DNA of 64,000 nt from positions 56,132 through 120,131 of the forward strand of contig JAUXTH010000002.1 of assembly GCA_030679035.1 (NCBI GenBank), written 5' to 3'. Position 1 is the first letter of the stretch, and each line of letters starts with the position of its first letter. The DNA comes from Methylobacter sp. (GTDB lineage Bacteria; Pseudomonadota; Gammaproteobacteria; Methylococcales; Methylomonadaceae). The notes beneath the pieces were generated by a model. That model was not told the origin of the DNA. It made no database searches and saw only the letters and a list, made by a program, of their open reading frames with translations. Below, in pieces: positions 39,363 to 49,988 of this stretch. The position numbers and the translations under genes are program-made.

Positions 39363-39390
39363 TGTTTATTCCTGAATAAATTAATCTTCT

Positions 39391-39525
39391 CTCGTTCACA
39401 CATGCTGCGTGGGAATGCAGTATCAGCGCGCTGCGCTGTGTGAAACAGTTCGGCACGGCTGTAGTTGTGGTATTGTGGGACGCGGCGCGTCCTGGATGCA
39501 TTCCCACGCAACGCGTGGGAACGAG
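39391..39525. repeat. 135-bp REP/MITE-like element (GTTCCCACGC family)
   Basis: The ends are CTCGTTCACACATGCTGCGTGGGAATGCA and TGCATTCCCACGCAACGCGTGGGAACGAG, inverted at about 25/29. Internal GC palindromes are present. Track ORFs 39409..39612 and 39440..39646 are artefacts of it. Confidence 0.6.
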
Positions 39526-39542
39526 AAATTCGATATGTCTGG

Positions 39543-40670
39543 TTACGCTGCTACGCTTATCCGTTTTTCAAACTCATCCAAAGGCATCGGCTTGCCGAAC
39601 AGAAAGCCTTGATAGGCGGAACATCCAAGTTGCTTTAGACAAGTGAATTGCTGTTCAGTTTCCACGCCTCCGCCAATCACGTTGACTCCCAGTTTATTAG
39701 TCATGTCGATGATGGTTTTTACGATCATTGCATCGCAACTGTCGATGGCGATATCGCGCATCAGAAACTGGTCGATCTTTAGCTGGTCTATAGGCAATTT
39801 CTTTAGATGACTCAACGAAGAATAACCCGTGCCGAAATTATCCATTGAAAACCGGACGCCGAGCTGTTTTAGCTTCTCCATTTTTTCGATGGTGTTGGCG
39901 ATGTCGTGCAGCATCAGGCTTTCAGTCAATTCCAGTTTAAGCAGTGCTGGGTTGATGCCGGTTTTTTTCAGCAGTTGGCGCAACTGTTCAGCAAACTCAG
40001 GATGGCTAAATTGCCGGGGGCTGATGTTGACGGCGAGCGATAAATTTTTTTTAAGCGGATCGTTCTGCCATAGTTTGAGTTGTTTACAAGCGGTTTGCAA
40101 CACCCATGCACCTATGGGCAGGATCAAAGCTGTTTGCTCGGCGATGGGAATGAATTGTTCAGGGACAATCAGGCCGTATTGCGGATGCTCCCAGCGCAGC
40201 AGAGCTTCAGCTCCAAGGATTTGACTGTCACGGTCTACCTGGATTTGATAGTAAAGCTTGAGTTGGCGCTTTTCTAACGCAAAAGGTAACTCTGATTCCA
40301 GCGGCATCCGGCCATGTTCATGATCGGTTCCTATTTCTAGGGGCGTTGAGATTGTCTTGCCGTACCAAGCAAGGTCGTGGAGTTTAAACAGACGTTTGGT
40401 CAGTTTATTGGTGATCAGTTTGCGTCCATCCCTATCCTTTAACAGAATAGTATTTGGTATCGCATCAATTAGCTGGGTAAGTTGGCTGTTAAAAACATGT
40501 AGTTTGTCCGCGTTCTTTTGTAAGATTTGCAGCGTCCTACTGTGTTTTTTAGTTAAGGCGTATTGATTTTGCCTGACATGTGCAGCTGTTTTTTTTAATT
40601 TTTTTGTCATAACTTTTTCGCAAGGAATAGGGTTGTCATCGGTAGTTTGATCGGCATATAAAGTGTTCAT
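39543..40670 (-). CDS. EAL-domain c-di-GMP phosphodiesterase
   Basis: EALLRWEHP, MDNFGTGYSSLSHL, GGGVETEQQ, QGFLFGKP. Starts 3 nt after the upstream MCP gene. Confidence 0.85.
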   Translation of the reverse strand: MNTLYADQTTDDNPIPCEKVMTKKLKKTAAHVRQNQYALTKKHSRTLQILQKNADKLHVFNSQLTQLIDAIPNTILLKDRDGRKLITNKLTKRLFKLHDLAWYGKTISTPLEIGTDHEHGRMPLESELPFALEKRQLKLYYQIQVDRDSQILGAEALLRWEHPQYGLIVPEQFIPIAEQTALILPIGAWVLQTACKQLKLWQNDPLKKNLSLAVNISPRQFSHPEFAEQLRQLLKKTGINPALLKLELTESLMLHDIANTIEKMEKLKQLGVRFSMDNFGTGYSSLSHLKKLPIDQLKIDQFLMRDIAIDSCDAMIVKTIIDMTNKLGVNVIGGGVETEQQFTCLKQLGCSAYQGFLFGKPMPLDEFEKRISVAA

Positions 40671-40672
40671 AA

Positions 40673-43114
40673 TTAAAACTCATCCCAATCACAATTGCCG
40701 TTTGCAATAGCAAAAGCCAGCTGTTGCGGTTTCGATTGGGCTGTTGCTGCATTTTCAAGACTGTACAGGGCATTACTGCCCCCGGTTTTTATGGTGTCCC
40801 AGATGATGTGTTCTTTATGTTCCCGGTGATCGCGTAACCGTTGGAGTTCCGGCGCTACGGCGACCGCGTCTTCAATCGTATAAACAGCGTTGCGGTCGGC
40901 CGAGGCAGACTTGTCAGCTATTTTAAAACCGCTGACCGTGACGACCAGGTTTTGCGCCTGCTCTTCCAACGATCCCGCCGTGGCGGCGGCTTGTTCCACC
41001 AAGGCGGCATTCTGTTGGGTCACATCATCTATTTGGCCGATGGCTAGATTGACCTGCTCGATACCGGCGCTTTGTTCAACTGAGGCAGCGGTTATTTCCG
41101 ACATCATGCCGGTGACACCATGGATGGCGCTGAGGATTTCTTCCATGGTGGTACCAGCCTGTGCAGCCAGCTTGCTGCCGTCATCGATCTTTTCTACCGA
41201 ATCTTCAATCAGGATTTTTATTTCTTCTGCGGATGCGGCGGCGCGTTGTGCCAGATTTCGCACTTCGCTGGCTACGACCGCAAAACCTTGACCGTTTGTA
41301 CCGGCATGGGCGGCTTCAATGGAGGCGTTGAAGGCGAGGATATTGGTCTGGAAGGCGATGTCGTCTAGTACCGTAACGATCTCCTCGATCTTCTGTGAAG
41401 ATTCTTTTATCGCATTCATAGTACTAACGACTTGACCGACCACGACACCGCCCTGGCTGGCTATTTCGGCTGCACCAATGGTCAGCAGATTGGCCTGTTT
41501 GGCGTTTTCGCTATTGGCTTGTACGGTAGAGGTCAGCTGATGGATGCTGGCGGCGGTTTCTTCCAGGCTTGCAGCTTGCAATTCGGTGCGGCGCGACAAA
41601 TCATGATTGCCGGAAGCAATTTCTTTGGCACCGTTGTTGATGCAGTCGGTGGCATCCTTGATTTGATGAATGATCTGCTCGAGTTTTGCCACCGTGGTAT
41701 TGGCGTTGTCCTTAAGTTGCCCGAACGTGCCTTCATAATAATTGTCGATGGTTTCGGTCAGGTCGCCGCGGGACAGAGCAGCCAGTACACGCGCCACTTC
41801 ATTGAGGCCGGTTTCGCTGGTATACAGCATCTGGTTCAGGCCTTCGCCCAGCTCACGCAGAAAGCCGGATTTGTCATGGATGTCGAAGCGTTTGGAAAAA
41901 TCGCCCATGCTGGCGGCAACCACGATGGTGGACACTTCTTTTTCGACGGCGACTTCGGCGGTGCGGTCATGCCATTCGGTGACGGTGCCGATACGTTCAC
42001 CTTGTTGGTTGATGACCGGGTTGGCGACGACCATCATGGTGCGGCCGCCCAGTTCGATGTCTTCGCTGTGAGCGCCGGTTAAGTCGGCGACAAGTTCCGC
42101 CCGCTGTGCCGGATTTTGGTAAAAATCATCCATGCTGCTGCCGATCAGGGCTGTGGTTGAGAAGCTGGGTATCTGCTGGCGAATTTTTGCTTCTATTTTA
42201 CTGAACGCGCTAACCACCGATTTGTTGACGTAAATGATGTTGCGGTCATTGTCCGCAATCATGATGCCGATGCTGGTGTTGTCCAGGGCCATTTTGATGC
42301 GCAGGATTTCTTCTGCCGCTTTATGTTCCGCCGTTCTGCGGGCCAACAGTTTTTGCTGCATGTTTTTTATCGCATGCAACAGGCTGTCTTTGTCGTCCTC
42401 ATCCAGCTGGATAGACCGGGACAAATCGCCTGCGGCAATTTCCTTGGCGATGCCTTTGGCATAGAGAGGATCGATGCCGATTTGCTTACTGAGATGGCGG
42501 GTTAAAAAGAAAGCGATACCTAACGCCAGGGATATAATTGCAAGCGACATCGTCCATAACACCGCAGAAACCTGGTGTGTGGTTTCGGTAATGTTGTTGA
42601 CGTGATACTTGGCGGCGTTGACCTCAGTATTCCTGAGTTTGATCATTTGCGAGGACAATTTGTACGACTCATGATCGAAGTCATGCATGATGGCATTGCC
42701 GCCTTCCAAGCCTTCATTGGTATAAGCTGAGGCCATGCGCTTGCCGTCCTGATAAAACAGGTCGAAGTTCGCCTCCAGTATGTCCACTTCCTTGAGTTTT
42801 GCGCTGTTGCCAATATGCTGACGGAACTGCAGCAATCCCTGCTTGAAATCCTGGACGGATTTTTCCGCATCGTCATAGCCCGCAGGAGAATGGGAGGCCG
42901 AAACGTCGGATAAGAATTGATGCACCAGCACAATATCGCGCGCCATTTGTCCCATCAGCAGGGCATTGGGCAACAGGGTATTGTTGATCTCGGTCAGGTC
43001 GCGCTCTGTGTTAGATAAATTAATTAGACTCGATGCAGAAATGACCGTCATCAAGCTGATGATGGCAAGAAAACCTAGCAGTATGCGGGCTTTGAAACTG
43101 ATATAGTTAAGCAT
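40673..43114 (-). CDS. Methyl-accepting chemotaxis protein (periplasmic sensor-HAMP-PAS-MA), paralog 1
   Basis: Two TM segments, HAMP, PAS ([16 protein letters not shown]). The signalling hairpin is [32 protein letters not shown]. The C-terminus is DWDEF (xWxxF CheR/CheB-docking-like). Confidence 0.9.
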   Translation of the reverse strand: MLNYISFKARILLGFLAIISLMTVISASSLINLSNTERDLTEINNTLLPNALLMGQMARDIVLVHQFLSDVSASHSPAGYDDAEKSVQDFKQGLLQFRQHIGNSAKLKEVDILEANFDLFYQDGKRMASAYTNEGLEGGNAIMHDFDHESYKLSSQMIKLRNTEVNAAKYHVNNITETTHQVSAVLWTMSLAIISLALGIAFFLTRHLSKQIGIDPLYAKGIAKEIAAGDLSRSIQLDEDDKDSLLHAIKNMQQKLLARRTAEHKAAEEILRIKMALDNTSIGIMIADNDRNIIYVNKSVVSAFSKIEAKIRQQIPSFSTTALIGSSMDDFYQNPAQRAELVADLTGAHSEDIELGGRTMMVVANPVINQQGERIGTVTEWHDRTAEVAVEKEVSTIVVAASMGDFSKRFDIHDKSGFLRELGEGLNQMLYTSETGLNEVARVLAALSRGDLTETIDNYYEGTFGQLKDNANTTVAKLEQIIHQIKDATDCINNGAKEIASGNHDLSRRTELQAASLEETAASIHQLTSTVQANSENAKQANLLTIGAAEIASQGGVVVGQVVSTMNAIKESSQKIEEIVTVLDDIAFQTNILAFNASIEAAHAGTNGQGFAVVASEVRNLAQRAAASAEEIKILIEDSVEKIDDGSKLAAQAGTTMEEILSAIHGVTGMMSEITAASVEQSAGIEQVNLAIGQIDDVTQQNAALVEQAAATAGSLEEQAQNLVVTVSGFKIADKSASADRNAVYTIEDAVAVAPELQRLRDHREHKEHIIWDTIKTGGSNALYSLENAATAQSKPQQLAFAIANGNCDWDEF

Positions 43115-43152
43115 TTTGAACCTCTTTAGAGTGCGGTTTGTGTAAAGTCACG

Positions 43153-44964
43153 CTAATTAACGGCATGCAGTTTGGCTGTTGATTTATGCACTACGGTTTG
43201 AAAATTATCCGGGTTTTTTGCACCCATTCGCTGGTTAATAAAGAAACTGTTGCCGGTGACCTTTTTAGCCATTTTTTTCGCCTCGGAGGCCAAATCGGCT
43301 ATATCGACATGAGACTGGCACAGACTGGTTGATACAGGATCTACCAGTCCGATGGACAGACTGACCAGTGGGAAAAAGCATTGTTCTCCGGTCCTGTTTT
43401 CAGTATGAATGCCGCCGGCTTTTATATCTTGGTCGTTGTAATAGGCCGGGACGGTATTCTTAAAGGTTTCCAGTATGTTCTCGCAACGCCTCAGCCAGTC
43501 ATTGCAGGTGAAAATCACAATAAAATCATCGCCGCCGATATGACCGACCACGCCGCTCTCTGCCGGGATGTGATTTATCAACGTATTGGCAACGGCTTTG
43601 ATGATGTCGTCGCCCGCATCGTAGCTGTAAACATCGTTAAAGGGTTTGAAGTTATCAAGATCGAAGTAGCCGAAACTAAACGGTACTTTGCTCGCCAGTA
43701 ATTGATTGACCTGGTTATTGATTGGAACGCTGCCCGGCAATAGCGTCAGGGGGTTGGCGTGTTTGGCATTATCGATTTGCTGACGGGTGAATTCGGCGAG
43801 TAAATCCAGCAGCGTGCCTACGCCCATATATTCCCCGTTATGGGTGATGATAAAAGCCGGGTCATTGGTCATTAAGGAGGTCAGCTGCTTGCTGACCAAA
43901 TCAATCGGCATGTTGTGGTCGATGCATAACGGGGTATTTTCGATAAAGGTTTTTATCGGGTTTTTTCCGTGCAGGTCGATGCCGTATCGGCTGGAGAATA
44001 GTTTGGTAAGGAACTTGTCGCGAAAAATAATGCCGGAAGCCATATTGTCATCAACCAACGGCAGGATGGTGAGTTCGCTGTTGTGGTGAAACAGACTCAT
44101 CACCTCACTGATGCAGGTTTTTGCTGAAATAGGCGTGATGTCCCTGATGATATGCACCGCGGTTGTGGCGTTATTAAAGGGGACGGTTTTGTAATCCTTA
44201 GCGTGGTCGATAGTAAATACAGTGCTGTCGATTTTCTCTACGGGAATAGCCGATGGCCTGGCAAAATAATAGCCTTGGGCATGGGTGATGCCGAGCTTTT
44301 CTATGGCTTTAAATTCATCTTCAGTTTCGATGCCTTCGGCAATGACGCTGCAATTGAGCGAGACGGCCATGCTTTGGATAGATCGAACAAAATTAAGCTT
44401 GACCGGGTCGTCATGAAGGCCATGAATAAAGTGTTTATCTATTTTTACGTATTCAGGCAGTAGTTCCGCCCATAGTCTTAAACCTGAATAACCAGCGCCC
44501 AAGTCGTCAAGGGCAATCTCAAAGCCCATGCTTCGGTAGTGTTTGGCCGAGGCACGCATGATTTCGTAATTATCGGCGGGTTTGTGTTCGGTTAATTCAA
44601 TGACCACAGAGCGCGGGTTGACGCCGTATTGGTCTAGCAATCTGAGTGTTTCGCCTTTTTTAAATTCCGGTTGCAGCAGCACCAAAGGACTGGCATTAAT
44701 AAACAGCTTTTCTTTAATGCCCAGATCGGCGTAGCGTTGTATGGTTATCTCCCTGCAAAGGAATTCGAGCCTGGTGCTTAAATCAAATTGCTCGGCAGTG
44801 GTAAACAAGTTAAACGGACTATGCAATGGATTATCGGATGGACCTCGGATTAGCGCTTCGTAGCCCATTATTTTCTTTTGAGCCAACGAAACAATAGGCT
44901 GGAAATGCGGCGTTAATAGCTTGCCATCAAGGATAGTGATTATTTCTTTACGTAGATCCGGCAT
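43153..44964 (-). CDS. EAL-CBS pair-GGDEF-like signalling protein, paralog 1
   Basis: YEALIRGP, DDLGAGYSGL, AEGIETEDE, QGYYFARP (EAL). A central CBS-like pair. C-terminal HIGGDDFIVIF (GGDDF variant of GGDEF). Confidence 0.85.
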   Translation of the reverse strand: MPDLRKEIITILDGKLLTPHFQPIVSLAQKKIMGYEALIRGPSDNPLHSPFNLFTTAEQFDLSTRLEFLCREITIQRYADLGIKEKLFINASPLVLLQPEFKKGETLRLLDQYGVNPRSVVIELTEHKPADNYEIMRASAKHYRSMGFEIALDDLGAGYSGLRLWAELLPEYVKIDKHFIHGLHDDPVKLNFVRSIQSMAVSLNCSVIAEGIETEDEFKAIEKLGITHAQGYYFARPSAIPVEKIDSTVFTIDHAKDYKTVPFNNATTAVHIIRDITPISAKTCISEVMSLFHHNSELTILPLVDDNMASGIIFRDKFLTKLFSSRYGIDLHGKNPIKTFIENTPLCIDHNMPIDLVSKQLTSLMTNDPAFIITHNGEYMGVGTLLDLLAEFTRQQIDNAKHANPLTLLPGSVPINNQVNQLLASKVPFSFGYFDLDNFKPFNDVYSYDAGDDIIKAVANTLINHIPAESGVVGHIGGDDFIVIFTCNDWLRRCENILETFKNTVPAYYNDQDIKAGGIHTENRTGEQCFFPLVSLSIGLVDPVSTSLCQSHVDIADLASEAKKMAKKVTGNSFFINQRMGAKNPDNFQTVVHKSTAKLHAVN

Positions 44965-44998
44965 CTGATAGATCCCCTAATCATGTTGAGGTTAACAT

Positions 44999-45096
44999 CA
45001 GAATAGAGGGCTTTTATGACGTGGATATTTCCTTAAGATGACATGATTATTTCCACTCATCACAAAAAAATAGATAAATGATGCAGCTTATTGAAA
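44999..45096 (-). promoter_or_regulatory. Conserved ~90-bp upstream element, copy B
   Basis: Collinear with 31783..31872. The core is at 45023..45054. It begins 35 nt upstream of the start of the EAL-CBS-GGDEF gene. Confidence 0.5.
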
Positions 45097-45130
45097 TGTA
45101 GGTGAATTAAGTTTTACTGCGGCATTTATT

Positions 45131-45165
45131 CTTGTGGTTCCCACGCGGAGCGTGGGAACCACAAG
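45131..45165. repeat. Palindromic REP (GTTCCCACGC family)
   Basis: CTTGTGGTTCCCACGC-GGA-GCGTGGGAACCACAAG has perfect 16-bp arms. Confidence 0.7.
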
Positions 45166-45202
45166 TAAAAAAATCAGTTGGATATGATATTTATGAGCTA
45201 CC

Positions 45203-45283
45203 GTAGGAGCGGGCCGCGCCCGCGACATTGAGACAGCGATTTATAAATTGTGCTCCATCATCGCGGGCATGGCCCGCTCCTAC
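45203..45283. repeat. Inverted pair of GTAGGAGCGGGCC..GCCCGC-type REP units
   Basis: GTAGGAGCGGGCCGCGCCCGCGAC (45203..45226) and TCGCGGGCATGGCCCGCTCCTAC (45261..45283). A third, degenerate unit lies near 45332..45358. Track ORF 45191..45376 is an artefact. Confidence 0.65.
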
Positions 45284-45381
45284 AACGCTTAACTTATTGG
45301 CATTGACCCTATACGCTCGGCAACTGCTCCGGTAGGAGAGGGATGTTGCGCTTCGCGCTGAATAGTCACGAACCATTTAGG

Positions 45382-47757
45382 TTAAAATTCTTCCCAATCC
45401 GTAGCATTAACGGTTGCTAATGATGTTGTGGCAGTTATTGTATGAGGAACAATGCGGTAAAAACTGCCTGGGTTGTCATCCACTTTAAAACTGCTTACCG
45501 TGACCACCAGGTTTTGCGACTGTTGTTCCAGCGATTCCGCTGCCGCTGCGGCTTGTTCTACCAAGGCGGCATTTTGTTGAGTCACATCATCCATTTGAGC
45601 AATGGCTTGATTGACTTGCTCGATGCCGGAACTTTGCTCAGCTGAGGCTGCGGTAATTTCGGCCATCATCTCCGTAACGCCACGAATGGAGCTGACAATT
45701 TCTTCCATGGTCAGCCCCGCCTGGGCGACCAGCTTGCTGCCGCCAGAGACTTTGTCTACCGAATCGTTAATCAGGTCTTTAATTTCCCCGGCAGCCGTCG
45801 CGGCGCGTTGCGCAAGATTGCGAACTTCTATAGCCACGACGGCAAAGCCCCGGCCTTGCTCGCCGGCGCGGGCGGCTTCTACCGCAGCATTCAGCGCAAG
45901 GATGTTGGTCTGGAAAGCGATCTCGTCGATCACCGCGATAATATCCCCGATTTTACGCGAAGATTCATTGATTTCACCCATTGTCGCAATGACTTGACCG
46001 ACCACGTTAACGCCTTTGCCCGCGATGTCCGTCGCGTCAACGGCAAGCTGGTTGGCATGTTGGGCGTTTTTGGCGTTATGCTGCACGGCTGAGGTCAGTT
46101 CTTCCATGCTGGCGGCGGTTTGTTCCAGGCTCGCGGCTTGCTGTTCAGTGCGATGTGACAGGTCATTATTGCCGGAAGCGATTTCTTTAGTCCCGATGTC
46201 AATGCCGTCAGCGGCGTCCTTGATTTGGCTGATAATGTCTTTCAGTTTTTCTACCGTGGTATTGGAATCATCCTTGAGTTGGCCGAAAGTGCCGGAATAG
46301 TCGTTACTGATGGTTTCGGTAAGGTCGCCACGGGACAGGGCATTGAGCACGCGCACGACTTCGTTAAGACCGGTTTCGCTGGTGTACATAAGTCGGTTTA
46401 TGTCTTCGCCCAGATGACGCAAAAAGCCTTCCTTGCCATCCAGGTCGAAACGCATACTGAAGTCACCCATTGCTGCTGCTCCTACAATCGCCGCTACCTC
46501 ATTTTCGGCTATTACCTCGTCGGTGCGGTCGTGCCATTCAGCCACCGTACCCAATCGCTGGCCTTGCTCATTAATGACCGGGTTTGCAATCACAACCATC
46601 GAGCGACCGCCTACCATCATGCTGGCCTCATAGGTGCCGGTTAACGAGGTAAGCATTTTTGCCTGATTCGAGGGGTTTTCGTGAAAATCATCCATTTTGG
46701 CGCCGACCAGACTATTGATAGAGAATTTCGCGAATTGCGGACTGATTTCTGCTTCAGTTTTGGCGAGGATATTGATCACTTCTTGATTCGTATAAATGAT
46801 GTTGCGGTCGTTATCTGCAATCATGACGCCGGTGCTGACATTGTCCAACGCAATCTTGACGCGCAAAGTCTCATCAGCCGCTTTACGATCCGCCGTTATG
46901 CGCTCCAGCAGTTGCTGCTGCATGTGCTTCATCGCATATAACAAGCTGCTGCTGTCTTTTTCCTTAACCTGAATATCCCTAGTTAAGTTGCCCCCGGCAA
47001 TTTCCATGGCTATCCCTTTGGCAAAATAAGGATCTATGCCCAATCGCTTATCCAGGTAGTGTGTTAAGTAGAAGGCGATGCCGAGCCCCAGGCTGATGCC
47101 GGTCAACGATATAACCAACATGATCATAGTCGCATACTTGGTTGATTCAACGATGGCATGGGCGTTATTTTTTGCGTCGTTCACACCCTGATTTTTAATT
47201 CTATTCAGTTGTGTGCGTAAGTTTTTCGCCAATTTATTGAAGTCTTTTAAGACCAGATTGCCGGCATCAACTCCTTCATTAGCATAGACTGTGGTCATGC
47301 GTTTGCCTTCGCTGAAATACCAGTCAAAGCCGGTCTCAAGAGCGGCCAATTCTTTCAGTTTTTGTTCGGGTGTAGCGACGTTATTTAATGTTGTAGCATG
47401 GCCGTTTTTATTAGCCTCCGATTCCGGGGTTATTTTTACCGATTTTTCTTTGTCTAAAACTTCACGGAACTGCGCGATGCCCTGTTTAAAGTCTTCGGCG
47501 GCTCTTTCCGCATCCTGTAAACTGTCAGGATCCTGGCTGATTGAAGCTTGGGTGAACAGTTGTTGCACTTGTACGGTATAAGTTGCCATACGCTCTGCCA
47601 ACAGCGCATTGGGTAGAAAAGTATCATCCACTTTCGCCACATCGCGCTGAGTCTGCGAAAAATTAAACAAACCCACAGCAACAATGCCTATCATCAAGCT
47701 TATGATGGCAAGAAAACCGAGCATTATGCGGATCTTGAAACTTATGTAACCAAACAT
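45382..47757 (-). CDS. Methyl-accepting chemotaxis protein, paralog 2
   Basis: Same architecture as 40673..43114. The hairpin is canonical: [32 protein letters not shown]. The C-terminus is DWEEF. Confidence 0.9.
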   Translation of the reverse strand: MFGYISFKIRIMLGFLAIISLMIGIVAVGLFNFSQTQRDVAKVDDTFLPNALLAERMATYTVQVQQLFTQASISQDPDSLQDAERAAEDFKQGIAQFREVLDKEKSVKITPESEANKNGHATTLNNVATPEQKLKELAALETGFDWYFSEGKRMTTVYANEGVDAGNLVLKDFNKLAKNLRTQLNRIKNQGVNDAKNNAHAIVESTKYATMIMLVISLTGISLGLGIAFYLTHYLDKRLGIDPYFAKGIAMEIAGGNLTRDIQVKEKDSSSLLYAMKHMQQQLLERITADRKAADETLRVKIALDNVSTGVMIADNDRNIIYTNQEVINILAKTEAEISPQFAKFSINSLVGAKMDDFHENPSNQAKMLTSLTGTYEASMMVGGRSMVVIANPVINEQGQRLGTVAEWHDRTDEVIAENEVAAIVGAAAMGDFSMRFDLDGKEGFLRHLGEDINRLMYTSETGLNEVVRVLNALSRGDLTETISNDYSGTFGQLKDDSNTTVEKLKDIISQIKDAADGIDIGTKEIASGNNDLSHRTEQQAASLEQTAASMEELTSAVQHNAKNAQHANQLAVDATDIAGKGVNVVGQVIATMGEINESSRKIGDIIAVIDEIAFQTNILALNAAVEAARAGEQGRGFAVVAIEVRNLAQRAATAAGEIKDLINDSVDKVSGGSKLVAQAGLTMEEIVSSIRGVTEMMAEITAASAEQSSGIEQVNQAIAQMDDVTQQNAALVEQAAAAAESLEQQSQNLVVTVSSFKVDDNPGSFYRIVPHTITATTSLATVNATDWEEF

Positions 47758-47887
47758 TTAATATCCTTTTTTAGATGTTATTGCCTCGTTCCCACGCTTT
47801 CGAGACTGTGAAAGTATTCGTTTTTAGAAAAAATTAAAGCCTCTTTCGCATGGCAACGTGAAGAAATGGGGTATCTGCGTTTAAGGG

Positions 47888-49684
47888 TTAATTAACGGCG
47901 TGTAGTTTTGCGACTGATTTATGCGCAAAAGATCGAAAGTTGTCCTGGCTTTTTGTTGCTACTCGATGGTTAATAAAGAAGCTGTTCCCTTCAATCTTTT
48001 TGGCCTGTTTTTTTGCTTCGGATGCCAAGTCGGCTATATCGACATGAGATTGGCACTGGCTGGTTGAGTCGGGGTCTACGAGGCCTACTGACAGGCTTAT
48101 CATAGGAAAAAAGCATTTTTCTCCGGCCCTGTTTTCAGTATGGATACCGCCTGTTTTTATATCTTTATCTTTGTAATAGTTGGGGACGGCTTTTTCAAAG
48201 GCATGCAGGATATTTTCACAGCACGATAACCAGTCATTCCCTAAGAAAATGACGATAAAATCATCCCCGCCTATGTGACCGACCAAGCCGCTTTCTGCGG
48301 GAATATGCTGAGTCAGTGTATTGGCAACCGCTTTAATAATATCGTCGCCGGCACTGTAGCCATACACGTCATTAAAAGGTTTGAAGTGATCAAGATCAAA
48401 GTAGCCGAAACTGAAAGGTATTTTGGCTGCCAGTAACTGGTTGATCTGCTCATTGATGGGAACGCTACCCGGCAATAAGGTAAGCGGATTAGCGTGTTTG
48501 GCATTATGGATTTGTTGACGGGTGATTTCTTCAAGCAAATTCAGGATCGTTCCTATGCCGACATATTCCCCGGCATCGGTAATAATAAAAGCCTGATCAT
48601 TGCGCATGGTCGAGGTCAGTTGTTTACTGACTGACTCAATGGCTGTGCTTTGATCGAAACTTAACGGCGTTGTTTCTATAAATGATTTTATGGGTTTTTT
48701 TCCATGCAACTCGATGCCATAGCGATTGGAAAATAGTTTGAACAGAAAGTGGTCGCGAAAAATAATGCCGGAAGCCTCGTTGTTATCAACCAAAGGCAGA
48801 ATAGTTAAGTCGCTGTCGCTATGAAATAAATGCATGACATCACTGATAGCGGTTTCTGCTGAAACAGGCGTTATAAATTTAGCGATATGAGCGGCTCTTA
48901 TAGCGTTAAATTGATTGGGCTGGCTGCTGATAATAAATAAGGATTTATCAACTTTTTCTACAGGAACAGCCGATGGCCGGGCAAAATAATAGCCTTGGGC
49001 ATGAGTGATGCCCAGTTGTTCTACCGCTTTATATTCATCTTCTGTTTCGATGCCTTCAGCTATCACGCTGCAATTGAGCGAGCTGGCAATATTTTGAATG
49101 GATCGGACAAAGTTCAGTTTGACCGGGTCATTATGAATGCCTTGAATAAAGTGCATATCTATTTTGACATATTCAGGCTGTAACTCCGACCAGAGCCTTA
49201 GTCCCGAGTAGCCTGCGCCTAAATCATCAATCGCTATTTCAAAGCCCATTTTTCTGTAATGGGTGACCGCTTCAAGCATTAATTGAAAGTCATCAGTCGG
49301 TTGGTGTTCTGTTAATTCAATAACAATTGAGCGTGGATCAACGCCAAATTGATTCAGAAGTTTTAGTGTTTCGCCTTTTTTGACGTCAGGCTGTAACAAT
49401 ACAGAAGGGCTTACGTTAATAAACAGCTTCTCTTTGATATTTAAGCTGGCGTAACGTTTTATCGTGGCTTCCCGGCAGATATACTCGAGTTTTGCGCTTA
49501 AATCAAAACGTTCGGCCGTATCAAACAAATTAAACGGACTGTGCAACGGGCTATCGGAAGGGCCGCGGATTAAGGCTTCGTAGCCCATGATTTTCTTTTG
49601 TGACAAAGAAACAATAGGCTGGAAATGAGGTGTTAACTGCTTGTTATTGAGTATTTTTATGAGTTCGTTGTGCAGTATCGACAT
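47888..49684 (-). CDS. EAL-CBS pair-GGDEF-like signalling protein, paralog 2
   Basis: Collinear with 43153..44964 (YEALIRGP, DDLGAGYSGL, HIGGDDFIVIF). Confidence 0.85.
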   Translation of the reverse strand: MSILHNELIKILNNKQLTPHFQPIVSLSQKKIMGYEALIRGPSDSPLHSPFNLFDTAERFDLSAKLEYICREATIKRYASLNIKEKLFINVSPSVLLQPDVKKGETLKLLNQFGVDPRSIVIELTEHQPTDDFQLMLEAVTHYRKMGFEIAIDDLGAGYSGLRLWSELQPEYVKIDMHFIQGIHNDPVKLNFVRSIQNIASSLNCSVIAEGIETEDEYKAVEQLGITHAQGYYFARPSAVPVEKVDKSLFIISSQPNQFNAIRAAHIAKFITPVSAETAISDVMHLFHSDSDLTILPLVDNNEASGIIFRDHFLFKLFSNRYGIELHGKKPIKSFIETTPLSFDQSTAIESVSKQLTSTMRNDQAFIITDAGEYVGIGTILNLLEEITRQQIHNAKHANPLTLLPGSVPINEQINQLLAAKIPFSFGYFDLDHFKPFNDVYGYSAGDDIIKAVANTLTQHIPAESGLVGHIGGDDFIVIFLGNDWLSCCENILHAFEKAVPNYYKDKDIKTGGIHTENRAGEKCFFPMISLSVGLVDPDSTSQCQSHVDIADLASEAKKQAKKIEGNSFFINHRVATKSQDNFRSFAHKSVAKLHAVN

Positions 49685-49988
49685 GTAATATTCTGACCAT
49701 AAGAGTTGGTGATTTTCAATTAGAATATGACAAGTTCGTTACGTGAATGTGACGAGTTTGTTACCGTAGTGTGACAGCCGGAAAAATGCCGGTTTTGAAT
49801 TGACAGCTTGGTTTTGAAGAGGGGAGGGCGCGTAGGGTTTATATAGTTTGATAGGTTTTTCGGGGTAAAAATATAAACCGGCAAGGGATTAAAAAAGCTT
49901 GATAGGCTGCTTTTTTTGGGAGGTAATGAAGCTCAAATATAGGCAGCCGCCTAAGAAGGGACTGCCGCTATTTCGGTAAAATGTAGGC

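Noticed and set aside
39409-39646. Track ORFs 39409..39612 and 39440..39646 (+).
   Set aside because: They lie entirely within a REP/MITE element and the 3' end of the convergent EAL gene. They have no SD and no family resemblance.
41432-42082. Long antisense ORFs inside both MCP genes (41432..42082, 46225..46644 and others).
   Set aside because: They lie opposite well-supported MCP coding sequence and have low-complexity, Gly/Ala/Asp-rich translations.
45191-45376. Track ORF 45191..45376 (-), 61 aa.
   Set aside because: It is a translation of GTAGGAGCGGGCC-type REP units (..VVGAGHARDDGA..), a classic REP artefact.
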